64,000 nt of DNA, taken from sequence record MZ475891.1. The stretch is one strand, 5' to 3'. Positions within the stretch are counted from its first letter, which is position 1. Each line of letters begins with the position of its first letter. Below, piece by piece: positions 35,575 through 44,057 of the stretch. Below the pieces are notes generated by a model. The model was not told the DNA's origin. It worked only from the letters and a program-made list of their open reading frames with translations, and did no database searches. Position numbers and translations under genes: made by a program.

Positions 35575-36441
35575 ATGACTAAGCAACACACTAACTACAG
35601 CTCCGCATTCGCTATCAATGAAATGGCCGTGCTGTCTTTTGATAGCTTCGGTTCGGATAAGCTGTACGGCGTTGTATCAGGCGTTATGTTCTACGGCCCA
35701 CAACGTATGTATCGCGTCAGTATATTCGCCAACGACGGTCCTGAGTCGGCGCCTACTGCGTTCCTGCATGAAGGTCGTCCTATCGATGGATTCATTGCAG
35801 ATGACCTGCTGCCTGTAACTGACCAGTACGTCCCTCATATCGGTCATGTTGGTCGCTACGAATCAACTGACCACAAGACGTTTGGTGACTCACCATTCAC
35901 TAGTGGTCAATTGGTTGAAATCAAGATCAAAGATATTGCCGACAGCTTTAACGTGCCTGTTCTCATCACAGGCGTCACTTACGTTGAAGGTAAGATCATG
36001 TACGATGTGAGCATCGAGCGCGCCTACTACAGTGATGGTCGTGTTAACGGTGGTCGTCTGGTGCGTGATACTCTTACCGGCATTGATGGTATCTTCATCA
36101 AACCTGTTGGTGGCTGGCCAGAAGAAGGCGATGACATTAGTGAGTATGCGCTGGAGATTGGCGTTGAAGACAGCGCTGTGCCTATCTCTAATGAGATTTT
36201 TGATACGGCGTATGATGCGCATCTCTTAGGTGTTCAGTGCGGTGAACTCAACAAGAACGCTGCACGTAATTTCTTAGGCGCTTACATCAACGCTGAGAAT
36301 GCGCGTGTGGAAAAGTATCTCGGTGCTCGTACAGGTCGCTGGGACACAAACAAACTGAATGAGAGCTCCAAACCTCGTTCAGTATCAGACATTGATACGT
36401 CGAAGATCTCCCAAGTTCAGCCTTGGCCAAAAGATGAATAA
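35575..36441 (+). CDS. Hypothetical protein with internal duplicated domain
   Basis: Two similar units F...V.....G..YRVSI / F...VLITGVTY..G..MYDVSI. Confidence 0.7.
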   Translation: MTKQHTNYSSAFAINEMAVLSFDSFGSDKLYGVVSGVMFYGPQRMYRVSIFANDGPESAPTAFLHEGRPIDGFIADDLLPVTDQYVPHIGHVGRYESTDHKTFGDSPFTSGQLVEIKIKDIADSFNVPVLITGVTYVEGKIMYDVSIERAYYSDGRVNGGRLVRDTLTGIDGIFIKPVGGWPEEGDDISEYALEIGVEDSAVPISNEIFDTAYDAHLLGVQCGELNKNAARNFLGAYINAENARVEKYLGARTGRWDTNKLNESSKPRSVSDIDTSKISQVQPWPKDE

Positions 36442-36447
36442 ATAACT

Positions 36448-36473
36448 AAAGGGTGGCTTCGGCTGCCCTTTTT
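36448..36473 (+). terminator. Rho-independent terminator identical to 19490-19515
   Basis: AAAGGGTGGCTTCGGCTGCCCTTTTT. Confidence 0.85.
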
Positions 36474-36477
36474 AGAT

Positions 36478-36485
36478 CTGTAAAC
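36478..36485 (+). promoter_or_regulatory. CTGTAAAC variant motif (putative promoter)
   Basis: Same terminator-adjacent position as 19520. Confidence 0.55.
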
Positions 36486-36508
36486 AACTTATACAAGAGG
36501 AGCATACA

Positions 36509-36862
36509 ATGAAAGACTATGTTATGAAGCGCCTTGCGGAAGACAATATCGATCCTGAAAACAAGGATATGATTATGAGCCGCATCCGCGATATTATGGG
36601 AGGTGTGTTGCGTGCGCAGCCTACATTGCCTCATATGTTCGGTGCACTGGAGCACTCACGCGTACCGTCACTGTTTGATGCAATGGTTGTCTGCGACCAC
36701 ACGAACAACTCTGAGGAGGATATTGCAAACAACATCCTTAACGTTTCTATTCTCCCTCGCACTCCAGTACAACAAATTTATTTCAACATCGATTCTGGGA
36801 GCAAAGAAGATGCGTCTTTTATTTCAAAGACTGTTAAAGTTTCTAAGTCTGAGCAGCAATAA
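36509..36862 (+). CDS. Stand-alone tail-sheath C-terminal-domain-like protein
   Basis: VVCDHTNNSEEDIANNILNVSILPRTPVQQIYFNI resembles the sheath C-terminal motif VxCDxxNNT..I..N......P. Confidence 0.55.
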   Translation: MKDYVMKRLAEDNIDPENKDMIMSRIRDIMGGVLRAQPTLPHMFGALEHSRVPSLFDAMVVCDHTNNSEEDIANNILNVSILPRTPVQQIYFNIDSGSKEDASFISKTVKVSKSEQQ

Positions 36863-37259
36863 GCCTAAGCAGGTTCATGATCGTGAGCTGCGCAAGTATC
36901 TGGCGCCTAAGCGCGAGCCATTCAACCCAGCTAAAGGCCCTCGTATCCCGCCGGTAGTCGACCGTGATTTGGAGTATCGTCGTCGCGTGCTCGCTACTGG
37001 CGGTCATCCGCCTAAGGCCGACCCTTCTTTGCGATCCAGCCCTCAGCGCCGTAGAGACGATGTACTTCCGTCACAAGTTGTGATGATGGATGTTAGTACA
37101 GGCTTAGGTCCTACTAAGAAGATCCCATCGCATAGCCAGCGTGATTCTGATTCTTACTGTTCACCACATCATACGCACCACACGCCGAGTCACACACCGT
37201 CTGATAACTATGATGGTGGCTCGAACGATGGTGGCGGTGGAGGAGGTTCTTGTGATTAA
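36810..37259 (+). CDS. Hypothetical protein with low-complexity His/Ser/Gly C-terminus
   Basis: Likely start ATG 36810; ends GGSNDGGGGGGSCD. Confidence 0.6.
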   Translation: MRLLFQRLLKFLSLSSNKPKQVHDRELRKYLAPKREPFNPAKGPRIPPVVDRDLEYRRRVLATGGHPPKADPSLRSSPQRRRDDVLPSQVVMMDVSTGLGPTKKIPSHSQRDSDSYCSPHHTHHTPSHTPSDNYDGGSNDGGGGGGSCD

Positions 37260-37590
37260 AGTGTTATTGAACGCGATCGGTCTTCGCCTGATTACTAAAG
37301 CGAATCGCCGTAAGATCGAACAACACCACTACATGATGCAGGCCTGTACGGATGTGTATGACTGGTGTGGTGCCGAGTTCCCTCAAGCTGCTGAGGCTGT
37401 TGAGCATGTTCGCACACGCGCACTCGGCTATGAAGGACGCTCTGGCCACAATAGCAAAATCATGACCCCGTACGAAGCACATACGGGCATCAGCAACTGG
37501 CGTGAACTTATGCGCAATAAGTATAAGGACTGGCCGCCCGTTGATTTCCCTCTTGAGTATAAGAAAGACAATGAGCAAGAACGGCGATAA
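37252..37590 (+). CDS. Hypothetical protein
   Basis: GTG 37252 after GGAGG. Confidence 0.65.
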   Translation: MIKVLLNAIGLRLITKANRRKIEQHHYMMQACTDVYDWCGAEFPQAAEAVEHVRTRALGYEGRSGHNSKIMTPYEAHTGISNWRELMRNKYKDWPPVDFPLEYKKDNEQERR

Positions 37591-37678
37591 AGAAAAGCTG
37601 CAAGAGTTCCGAGACGAACTTGAGCGCGACTGTGACGGCGAAGAGGAAGAGGACTTCGATTTCACCGATCATCAATAA
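37571..37678 (+). CDS. 35-aa acidic peptide (not in ORF track)
   Basis: MSKNGDKEKLQEFRDELERDCDGEEEEDFDFTDHQ. Confidence 0.4.
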   Translation: MSKNGDKEKLQEFRDELERDCDGEEEEDFDFTDHQ

Positions 37679-37706
37679 CCTGCTTCATCTATACCGAGAA
37701 TAAAAT

Positions 37707-37928
37707 ATGACACACGAAACTCAAGGCATTATCTTACTGACCTGGCTGCTGGTCGGCATCTTTGTTTCACTTGCGAAGACCTTTCGTCTGCTTGGTGAAT
37801 CAGACCGCAGCTACAAGAATGCACCCTTCTGGCTGTTCATCTTCAACATGTTCTTCTGTCTGATTGTATGGCCGTTCCCTGTTGTGTTTTGTTCAGCACA
37901 CCAGCGACTCCTCAATCGCTTCTGGTAA
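37707..37928 (+). CDS. Small membrane protein
   Basis: Two TM segments. Confidence 0.6.
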   Translation: MTHETQGIILLTWLLVGIFVSLAKTFRLLGESDRSYKNAPFWLFIFNMFFCLIVWPFPVVFCSAHQRLLNRFW

Positions 37929-37937
37929 GGGACTACT

Positions 37938-38477
37938 GTGGAAAAGAATTTAGACAAGAAAATCATCGTGCTGGACATAGACCGTTTCGCACAACTGTTA
38001 GCGCTTGCATCAGTCGGCGATCAGGAGCTTTGCGGCCAAACGAATCTGGAAGAGATTATACGCCATGTGCGTAAGTTCAATCCAGTGTTAAAAGCAGCGC
38101 AGGACGAAGAACAGAAGGAAGAACGCGAACGCCGTAAAGCTGCACATCGTGAGCGTGCAAAGGCCAATCGCATTCTGACTAACAGAACGGTGCACAGTTG
38201 GCCTTATGAGTCTCGGGGCTGTGGTACGTTTGAGCAAGTACACAAGGAAGAGCCTCGTGTTTTCTATTACCTGTATGATCATGAAAAGCTGGCGTTCCCT
38301 GTTCATGTTCTCGGTCCGTCAAGCAATGCCATTGGCCTCCTCTGCGTCTCGTTCCTCACTAAAGATCATATTCATCTCGCAGGCCAATACTTTATCCAGA
38401 TTAATTGCCCTGCTCGAAGCATAGCAGAGAGACTAAAAGATATTCCTGAAGGCTACACGCTCATGGAGGTCGAATGA
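37938..38477 (+). CDS. Hypothetical protein
   Basis: 179-aa ORF. Confidence 0.65.
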   Translation: MEKNLDKKIIVLDIDRFAQLLALASVGDQELCGQTNLEEIIRHVRKFNPVLKAAQDEEQKEERERRKAAHRERAKANRILTNRTVHSWPYESRGCGTFEQVHKEEPRVFYYLYDHEKLAFPVHVLGPSSNAIGLLCVSFLTKDHIHLAGQYFIQINCPARSIAERLKDIPEGYTLMEVE

Positions 38478-38719
38478 TCGGCAACATGATCGTCCTAATT
38501 TTGCTAGGCTCTTTCTTGTTTGCATTCTGTGCTTATATAGCCTACAAGTTGGAGAGTAGCCACAAAGAGAAAGCAGATCAAGGTATCTATGCCTACCGCA
38601 TAGCCTTCAATATGAAACGCTATCTGTTAGCGCGGCTGCTGTGGCGAATCTCTAGCGCAGTCTATTGCGTGCTCTTTGCGTTCGCGCTTTGCTATCTATA
38701 TTTCACAGGACAACTATGA
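38474..38719 (+). CDS. Small membrane protein
   Basis: Two TM segments; GGAGG RBS. Confidence 0.65.
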   Translation: MIGNMIVLILLGSFLFAFCAYIAYKLESSHKEKADQGIYAYRIAFNMKRYLLARLLWRISSAVYCVLFAFALCYLYFTGQL

Positions 38720-39114
38720 AAGCACTATCTATCAGGCAGCCTTGGGCATGGCTCATCGTTCAAGGCCACAAGAAAGTTGAGAACCGTACGTGGGATACAA
38801 AGAAGCGCGGACGTTTCCTCATTCACGCGAGTTCTAAGCGTCCGTCCGATGATGACATGGCTGCGGCTCAAGCTATCTGTGACAAGCTGAACGTAACGCT
38901 GCCACAAAAGTCTGAGTTCGTGCTCGGTTCCATTGTAGGCTATGCGACACTTATCGGCACAGTGACTGAATCGCGTGACCCGTTCTTCTTTGGTCCTGTG
39001 GGTCACTTGCTCAAAGACTGCCGCGCTGTCGAACCTGTGCAGTTTAAAGGAGCACTCAGTTTCTTTAATACACCGTTCTGTATTGTAGGCGGTAAGCTAG
39101 TTCGCTCACGATGA
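38716..39114 (+). CDS. ASCH domain protein
   Basis: MKALSIRQPWAWLIVQGHKKVENRTW, IHAS, G.IVGY. Confidence 0.88.
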   Translation: MKALSIRQPWAWLIVQGHKKVENRTWDTKKRGRFLIHASSKRPSDDDMAAAQAICDKLNVTLPQKSEFVLGSIVGYATLIGTVTESRDPFFFGPVGHLLKDCRAVEPVQFKGALSFFNTPFCIVGGKLVRSR

Positions 39115-39338
39115 GTAGACCTATCTTGCTACATGGTTCTGGTCACTGTGCGTTTGCTCGGCAGTCAGGCATTGACGGTAAACTCGTATACTTTGTCCGT
39201 GACATAAACATCAAAGGGCACTCAGCTTTGATGGTAGGGTCCACAACGGTAGATAACGTTATCTTCCTCTACCAGTACGTTCCTAACGCAGATGACGCAG
39301 AAGTAATCATAGCTTATAAAAACAAGGGTGGCCATTAG
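39111..39338 (+). CDS. Hypothetical protein
   Basis: 75-aa coupled ORF. Confidence 0.55.
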   Translation: MSRPILLHGSGHCAFARQSGIDGKLVYFVRDINIKGHSALMVGSTTVDNVIFLYQYVPNADDAEVIIAYKNKGGH

Positions 39339-39349
39339 GCTGCCCTTTT
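39324..39349 (+). terminator. Rho-independent terminator
   Basis: GGGTGGC-CATTAG-GCTGCCC-TTTT, same stem as 19490 and 36448. Confidence 0.75.
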
Positions 39350-39421
39350 CTGTTTAATTTGCCAGTGATGAGGGTCCTACACAAGTAGGAAATTTAACTA
39401 GCAACAGCTTAAGGAACTATC

Positions 39422-40426
39422 ATGCAACTAGCATTCCCCAGAAAGAGCGACGACCATGTAAGTCTAATGCGCCGTTCGTTGAATCGTCTATATTTTTTCG
39501 ATGATGCCGCACCTAAAGAGAGCATGAAAGCAGGCCACCTTAATTGGTTACAGAACCTGCCTATGTGCAAAGCTATGGGTGTCGGCAGAACTGATAATGT
39601 TGTGAGCACAGGTCAGCTACAGGGTCAAGGTGATAATAACCGCTGGTATGTTGCTACTGGTGGCTATGTAGGTGCGGCTGATGCCTACAACTTTATCAAT
39701 ATGACGTATGCTTCCTTTGGTCAAACGGACGTTGTGTCTGATACAACAACGCCTGTAAGTAACCCTACCACACAAGCAGAAGTCATAGGCTCTACGCTGC
39801 TTCCTTCAAACAGACTGATGACAGCCTGCCAATATTCAGGCACGATCTATGTAGGCAACAATAGTGGCAGCACTGTCGGTCTAACTGTGTCTGAGATAAC
39901 GCGCTGGCCTAGTGGTGGCGTACACTATAATGACACGTACACGCAAAAGCTGCGTTCGTACCGATTCTGGGTGACAAACAACACATTGACCTCAGTGGCT
40001 GGTGTTGATGGTACAGCCAGTTCAGTAGCTGCTAACGGTACGTATCAGGTATCTTCGTCCACCAGCGCTCCGTTCTTTGCGTTTGTGTCAGCGTACTACA
40101 CTCTAGTGAGATTGTCGTATAACGCGAGTGGCGAAGCAAGCGGAGGAGGAGGCACGTTTGATTACAATGGTGTGTACTCGTCGTTCTCTCGCAACAGAAC
40201 TGCGCAGCCTATATATCTGCCACGAACTGCTGCTAAAGCTGCGGTGAATATTACGTGGGCTGGAATATTTGTAAAGTACCAACAAGCTGAATCTTATTTG
40301 CTTCTGGACTCTGCTGATATACTCAACGTAAGTACCACAGAGCCAGGGCAATACGCCCAGATACAGATCGCAGACATTGAACCGCTCTTAGCTCAATGGT
40401 CACCTGCTCGCCAAATCATGTTATAA
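39422..40426 (+). CDS. Putative virion fibre-like protein, paralog of the 57892-62161 family
   Basis: LYFFDD..PKES....LQNLPMCKAM...G...NRWY N-terminus and ITWA C-terminus match the MLFAS family. Confidence 0.6.
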   Translation: MQLAFPRKSDDHVSLMRRSLNRLYFFDDAAPKESMKAGHLNWLQNLPMCKAMGVGRTDNVVSTGQLQGQGDNNRWYVATGGYVGAADAYNFINMTYASFGQTDVVSDTTTPVSNPTTQAEVIGSTLLPSNRLMTACQYSGTIYVGNNSGSTVGLTVSEITRWPSGGVHYNDTYTQKLRSYRFWVTNNTLTSVAGVDGTASSVAANGTYQVSSSTSAPFFAFVSAYYTLVRLSYNASGEASGGGGTFDYNGVYSSFSRNRTAQPIYLPRTAAKAAVNITWAGIFVKYQQAESYLLLDSADILNVSTTEPGQYAQIQIADIEPLLAQWSPARQIML

Positions 40427-40435
40427 GGAGTCGTC

Positions 40436-40855
40436 ATGTTACCTTTTGCCCCTCGGACGTTAGTGGTTAGTATGCGCAATGGCAACAAAGAGTTTGATGT
40501 ACGCATCGACCGCGAATCTATGTGGGGCAATAAGTTCTACATGAAGAACGAAAGCAAGGAAGAACGTGCGCGAGTTATCTATGAGTATGGCGTGTGGTTG
40601 TGGACTAAAATCTACAACGGAGACATTACACTAAGTCAGCTAGACGCATTATACGGTAAGCGTCTAGGCTGCTGGTGCTCACCTAAGCCTTGTCATGGTG
40701 ATGAATTGAGAAAAGCCGTAGAATGGGCACACGCTACAATCTGTAAATGGGAACGTATATCACGCACATACGCAAGGAGAAAGAAACATGGGCACAGGCA
40801 GACCAAGAAAAGAAAAAGCGATGACAGCAGCCGAGCGTTCAAAAAAGCTGCGTAA
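40436..40855 (+). CDS. DUF4326 domain protein
   Basis: VRIDR.S.WGN.F and LYGKRLGCWCSPKPCHGD. Confidence 0.85.
   Translation: MLPFAPRTLVVSMRNGNKEFDVRIDRESMWGNKFYMKNESKEERARVIYEYGVWLWTKIYNGDITLSQLDALYGKRLGCWCSPKPCHGDELRKAVEWAHATICKWERISRTYARRKKHGHRQTKKRKSDDSSRAFKKAA
40741..40748 (+). promoter_or_regulatory. CTGTAAAT motif (putative phage promoter)
   Basis: 39 nt upstream of the 40788 start. Confidence 0.5.
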
Positions 40856-41069
40856 TCGTATGGCCCCTTTGGGCAAGCGAGTTGATATTTATATGGACGA
40901 GGAGACTCTTAAGGCGATTGACCGTGAAGTAGCTCAACGTCCTGCGCTTGTGGGCATTACGCCCGCTGTTGCACGTAGCCAGTTGCTGCGTGAGATTCTT
41001 ACAGGTCGTGAGTTCCTTGCTGACCTGACTGCATTCGAATACCACAGAGGTCAGACACGCGATGCGTAA
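40788..41069 (+). CDS. Small putative DNA-binding protein
   Basis: GRPRK...AMTAAER; RHH-like RVDIYM...ARSQLLREIL. Confidence 0.6.
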   Translation: MGTGRPRKEKAMTAAERSKKLRNRMAPLGKRVDIYMDEETLKAIDREVAQRPALVGITPAVARSQLLREILTGREFLADLTAFEYHRGQTRDA

Positions 41070-41613
41070 CAAAGAAAAAGTAAGACGCCGTTTCCTTTCT
41101 GCGGGTCGTTCGTTGGACGCTATCAGTTCTCAGGTGTTCACAAGCCCGTACTCGGGATTAGCCTACGGCAGCTTTAGCTTAGCTGTGGGTTCGAGTTTTG
41201 TGCATATTCACGCGCTGGATGAGAGCACTGTCCCAGAGTCTGACGTTCTGTATCTGATGAAAGTCGATGCTGTTATTCGTCACCTCAAGGACTACATCGC
41301 GTTGTTGACTGATTGGGCTGATGGTCATGCTCGTATGTGGCTGAACCCTGAAGGCTCTGCTGCTACAGGCTGTGTCGCGTACCACCACGATGTATCGCAC
41401 CCAGAGAAGCTCGCCTTCTTTGAGCTATCGTCCTGTAGTCAAACGTTCCGTTTGCAGATGATGACCTTCACGCATAAGGAATACAAGAAGCACATTAACC
41501 TGCTGTCCAAAATTAAGGACCATCTTATTCGCCATCGCTTTGATATGGATGACTGGATGAAGGCTATTACTGCTGAGTCTGCACGGCTCATGGATTCTGT
41601 AAATGAACAATAA
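41062..41613 (+). CDS. Hypothetical protein
   Basis: 183-aa ORF. Confidence 0.7.
   Translation: MRNKEKVRRRFLSAGRSLDAISSQVFTSPYSGLAYGSFSLAVGSSFVHIHALDESTVPESDVLYLMKVDAVIRHLKDYIALLTDWADGHARMWLNPEGSAATGCVAYHHDVSHPEKLAFFELSSCSQTFRLQMMTFTHKEYKKHINLLSKIKDHLIRHRFDMDDWMKAITAESARLMDSVNEQ
41597..41604 (+). promoter_or_regulatory. CTGTAAAT motif (putative phage promoter)
   Basis: At a gene boundary, upstream of the HD gene. Confidence 0.4.
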
Positions 41614-41722
41614 CAACGATTGCTGCTGGTGTGCTTTCGGTATGGGTATAGTTCTCGGACTATTTATCGGCCTGTCGATTGCTGCCTTCGCTGTTAAATA
41701 CGGCGTCTTCATAAAACTATAG
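41603..41722 (+). CDS. 39-aa membrane peptide (not in ORF track)
   Basis: MNNNNDCCWCAFGMGIVLGLFIGLSIAAFAVKYGVFIKL fills the gap. Confidence 0.4.
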   Translation: MNNNNDCCWCAFGMGIVLGLFIGLSIAAFAVKYGVFIKL

Positions 41723-41736
41723 GACAAAAGTACCTC

Positions 41737-42405
41737 ATGCTTACTAACATTGCTCGACTTGCTGCGACTAACGCACACGCAAAACAAACTCGTCGCTTCA
41801 CCGGCGAACCGTACATCAACCATCCGCAAGCTGTCGTTCAATTCCTTGAGCGCTTCAACGTGGGTGAACAGATTCTCGCTGCTGCCTGGTGCCACGATGT
41901 GTTGGAAGATTGTGGCATCTGCTACGAAGCTCTGGAACTTTGCATCGGTACGATTGCGACCGACATCGTGTTCGAAGTAACGAACAAAGAGTTCCCAGAA
42001 GGCACGCCACGCATTGAGAAATATTGGCATAACATCGAACGTCTGGTAAGGGCTTCGCATCAGGCGCAGACGCTCAAGTGCGGTGACATTTACGATAACT
42101 GCAAAGATGTATATGAGCGTGACCAACACTACGGTGCTAAGTACATCGCAGAGAAGTATTTCCTGATTCGCATGTTTGCGCGTGCTCAATCTGATGTACG
42201 TCAGACCGTTATGCAGATGCTGCATGATCGCTATCTGTCCATGACGCCAGATGATCGCATGTACTGCTTAGAGTATATGGCGCGTCTCGATAAAGAATGT
42301 CCAGCTGACCTGCGTTCTTTGTTTGACCAGGCCCGCAAAGAAGCTGGTATTGAAAGCCTCTGCTGTGGAGAACATGATGGAGCTACCTGCATTCAAAACG
42401 CGTAA
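41737..42405 (+). CDS. HD-domain hydrolase, SpoT/Mesh1-like
   Basis: AHAKQTR..TGEPYINHP, AAWCHDVLED, LKCGDIYDN. Confidence 0.85.
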   Translation: MLTNIARLAATNAHAKQTRRFTGEPYINHPQAVVQFLERFNVGEQILAAAWCHDVLEDCGICYEALELCIGTIATDIVFEVTNKEFPEGTPRIEKYWHNIERLVRASHQAQTLKCGDIYDNCKDVYERDQHYGAKYIAEKYFLIRMFARAQSDVRQTVMQMLHDRYLSMTPDDRMYCLEYMARLDKECPADLRSLFDQARKEAGIESLCCGEHDGATCIQNA

Positions 42406-42751
42406 CGCTCTGGTTGAAAGCCTCACCATTCGTGATAAGCAAGCGTCTGCATTAGTGCGCGTGTACGAAACGAGCTGGTGGGGTTTCTGCAAACGTGACC
42501 TGTGCGTTGCTATCAACTGTCGTAAGATAACGCGCAAGGAACTCAAGTGGTCTAGCTATGTGCGGTGGTCTGAGGGTTATCAGATTCTGCCTGTATGCGA
42601 AGACAGCGAAGTCCTTCAGGTAGCAAACAGTGCGCTGAAAGATATGCGTCATCTTGGTTACACCAAGTATGAACAGCTTCTGGCGTATCGTCTCCAAATT
42701 CACATGAGAAAGCACAATGCCAAAGAAAATTCTCACGCTCATTCACACTGA
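42374..42751 (+). CDS. Hypothetical protein
   Basis: ATG 42374 after GGAG. Confidence 0.65.
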   Translation: MMELPAFKTRNALVESLTIRDKQASALVRVYETSWWGFCKRDLCVAINCRKITRKELKWSSYVRWSEGYQILPVCEDSEVLQVANSALKDMRHLGYTKYEQLLAYRLQIHMRKHNAKENSHAHSH

Positions 42752-43106
42752 TGTGGAAGACCAGAAGGCTTATCTGGAAGACCGCTTTCATCGCAGCATT
42801 ATGTTCATGCACACGACGACGAACCGCGACCCGTACAAACGTGAATCCAATCCGTGTACGTTCTGCATCTATAAAGTAGAAGGCGCGAATGTGTTTATCA
42901 ATCTTCATGGCGACAATAAGATGCCAGAAGAGTTGGCGAGCACTCTCGGTCTGGTCAAAGTAAAAGAGTGGACGTTGATCCGCCGTCAGTCGAACGTCTT
43001 CTTTGTAGGCCGTAGTTCCGAAGCTATCATCGCAGAGAACGTTGTACCAATGGAAATTCGTGTTGAAGGAGCGCGTGATGCTGAACGATGCTGGTCCGGA
43101 CATTGA
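42717..43106 (+). CDS. Hypothetical protein
   Basis: 129-aa ORF. Confidence 0.6.
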   Translation: MPKKILTLIHTDVEDQKAYLEDRFHRSIMFMHTTTNRDPYKRESNPCTFCIYKVEGANVFINLHGDNKMPEELASTLGLVKVKEWTLIRRQSNVFFVGRSSEAIIAENVVPMEIRVEGARDAERCWSGH

Positions 43107-43692
43107 GTTCGAAGCAATTGATATTGAGAAGTATTGGCAGGGTCGTGTCTATCTCGAAGCGGGTCGTCTGCAAGACGTAGAGTCCAAGCTGGAGAACGTG
43201 GCGTACACCACAGATACGATTAAGCCCTACATAGAAGCCGCGACTAAGATCGTTGCGTCGAAGCGTGAGCTGCACGAGGAAGGCACTGACCTGCCTCAAG
43301 TGGAGCTGGGTGAAGGGCACACGATGAGTCCGTACTTTGTCATTGTGTTCTGTCTGATGTTCGAAGCGGAAGGCGTTATCAATGCGCAGACACGCAATGC
43401 CCTTAAGGGTTTGTCTCAGGCCGAGCGTGATAAAAAGATACGCATTGAGATTGCTGGGCATAGCAGCAAAATCGGTGTGAGTCTTCTCAAAGAGCTGGAA
43501 GCATCTATCTCTGATCGCTTTCATGACCGTCGCCCCGACTTCGCGTTTGCAGAGCTGTCCGAGCCTCGTGAGAAGAAGCCTACGTTTCGTGCTAATGCCC
43601 ATCTCAAGCAAGGTCGTGTTGGCAGACACAGCGGCAATCAGCGATTCAATGCTAAGCCGCAGCGTCAGAACTTTAAAGGTCGTGGTAGATGA
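43078..43692 (+). CDS. Hypothetical protein
   Basis: ATG 43078 after AAGGAG; basic C-terminus. Confidence 0.65.
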   Translation: MLNDAGPDIEFEAIDIEKYWQGRVYLEAGRLQDVESKLENVAYTTDTIKPYIEAATKIVASKRELHEEGTDLPQVELGEGHTMSPYFVIVFCLMFEAEGVINAQTRNALKGLSQAERDKKIRIEIAGHSSKIGVSLLKELEASISDRFHDRRPDFAFAELSEPREKKPTFRANAHLKQGRVGRHSGNQRFNAKPQRQNFKGRGR

Positions 43693-44057
43693 GCAAAATC
43701 TTCTATGCTACGGAGTATATTGATAATAAGCCTGTGGCAGTTCATCGCTTTCCTGCTGTTGAGCAAGGTCGAGCACTATCTGATTACCGTTCCTTGATCT
43801 CATTGGGTGCGTTCGATAAGCGTCAGACCGAGCAGTGTCTCAAAGACTGCATGGTGCGTCGATTCTACGTGAAGAACAAACGCGACTATGAGGCAGACAA
43901 GGAGATCTTGCAGAAGTCCTCTGCGCGTCTCAATCTACCTGAGGTAGGGCTAAGCACTGTCGAACACAAAGACGTGTGGGCATTCTATAAAGCTGTCGGT
44001 TATGACTACCGTACTAAAACTCTGGGAGTGAAAGCAGATGACAAGCAACCTGTCTGA
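43689..44057 (+). CDS. Hypothetical protein
   Basis: 122-aa coupled ORF. Confidence 0.65.
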   Translation: MSKIFYATEYIDNKPVAVHRFPAVEQGRALSDYRSLISLGAFDKRQTEQCLKDCMVRRFYVKNKRDYEADKEILQKSSARLNLPEVGLSTVEHKDVWAFYKAVGYDYRTKTLGVKADDKQPV

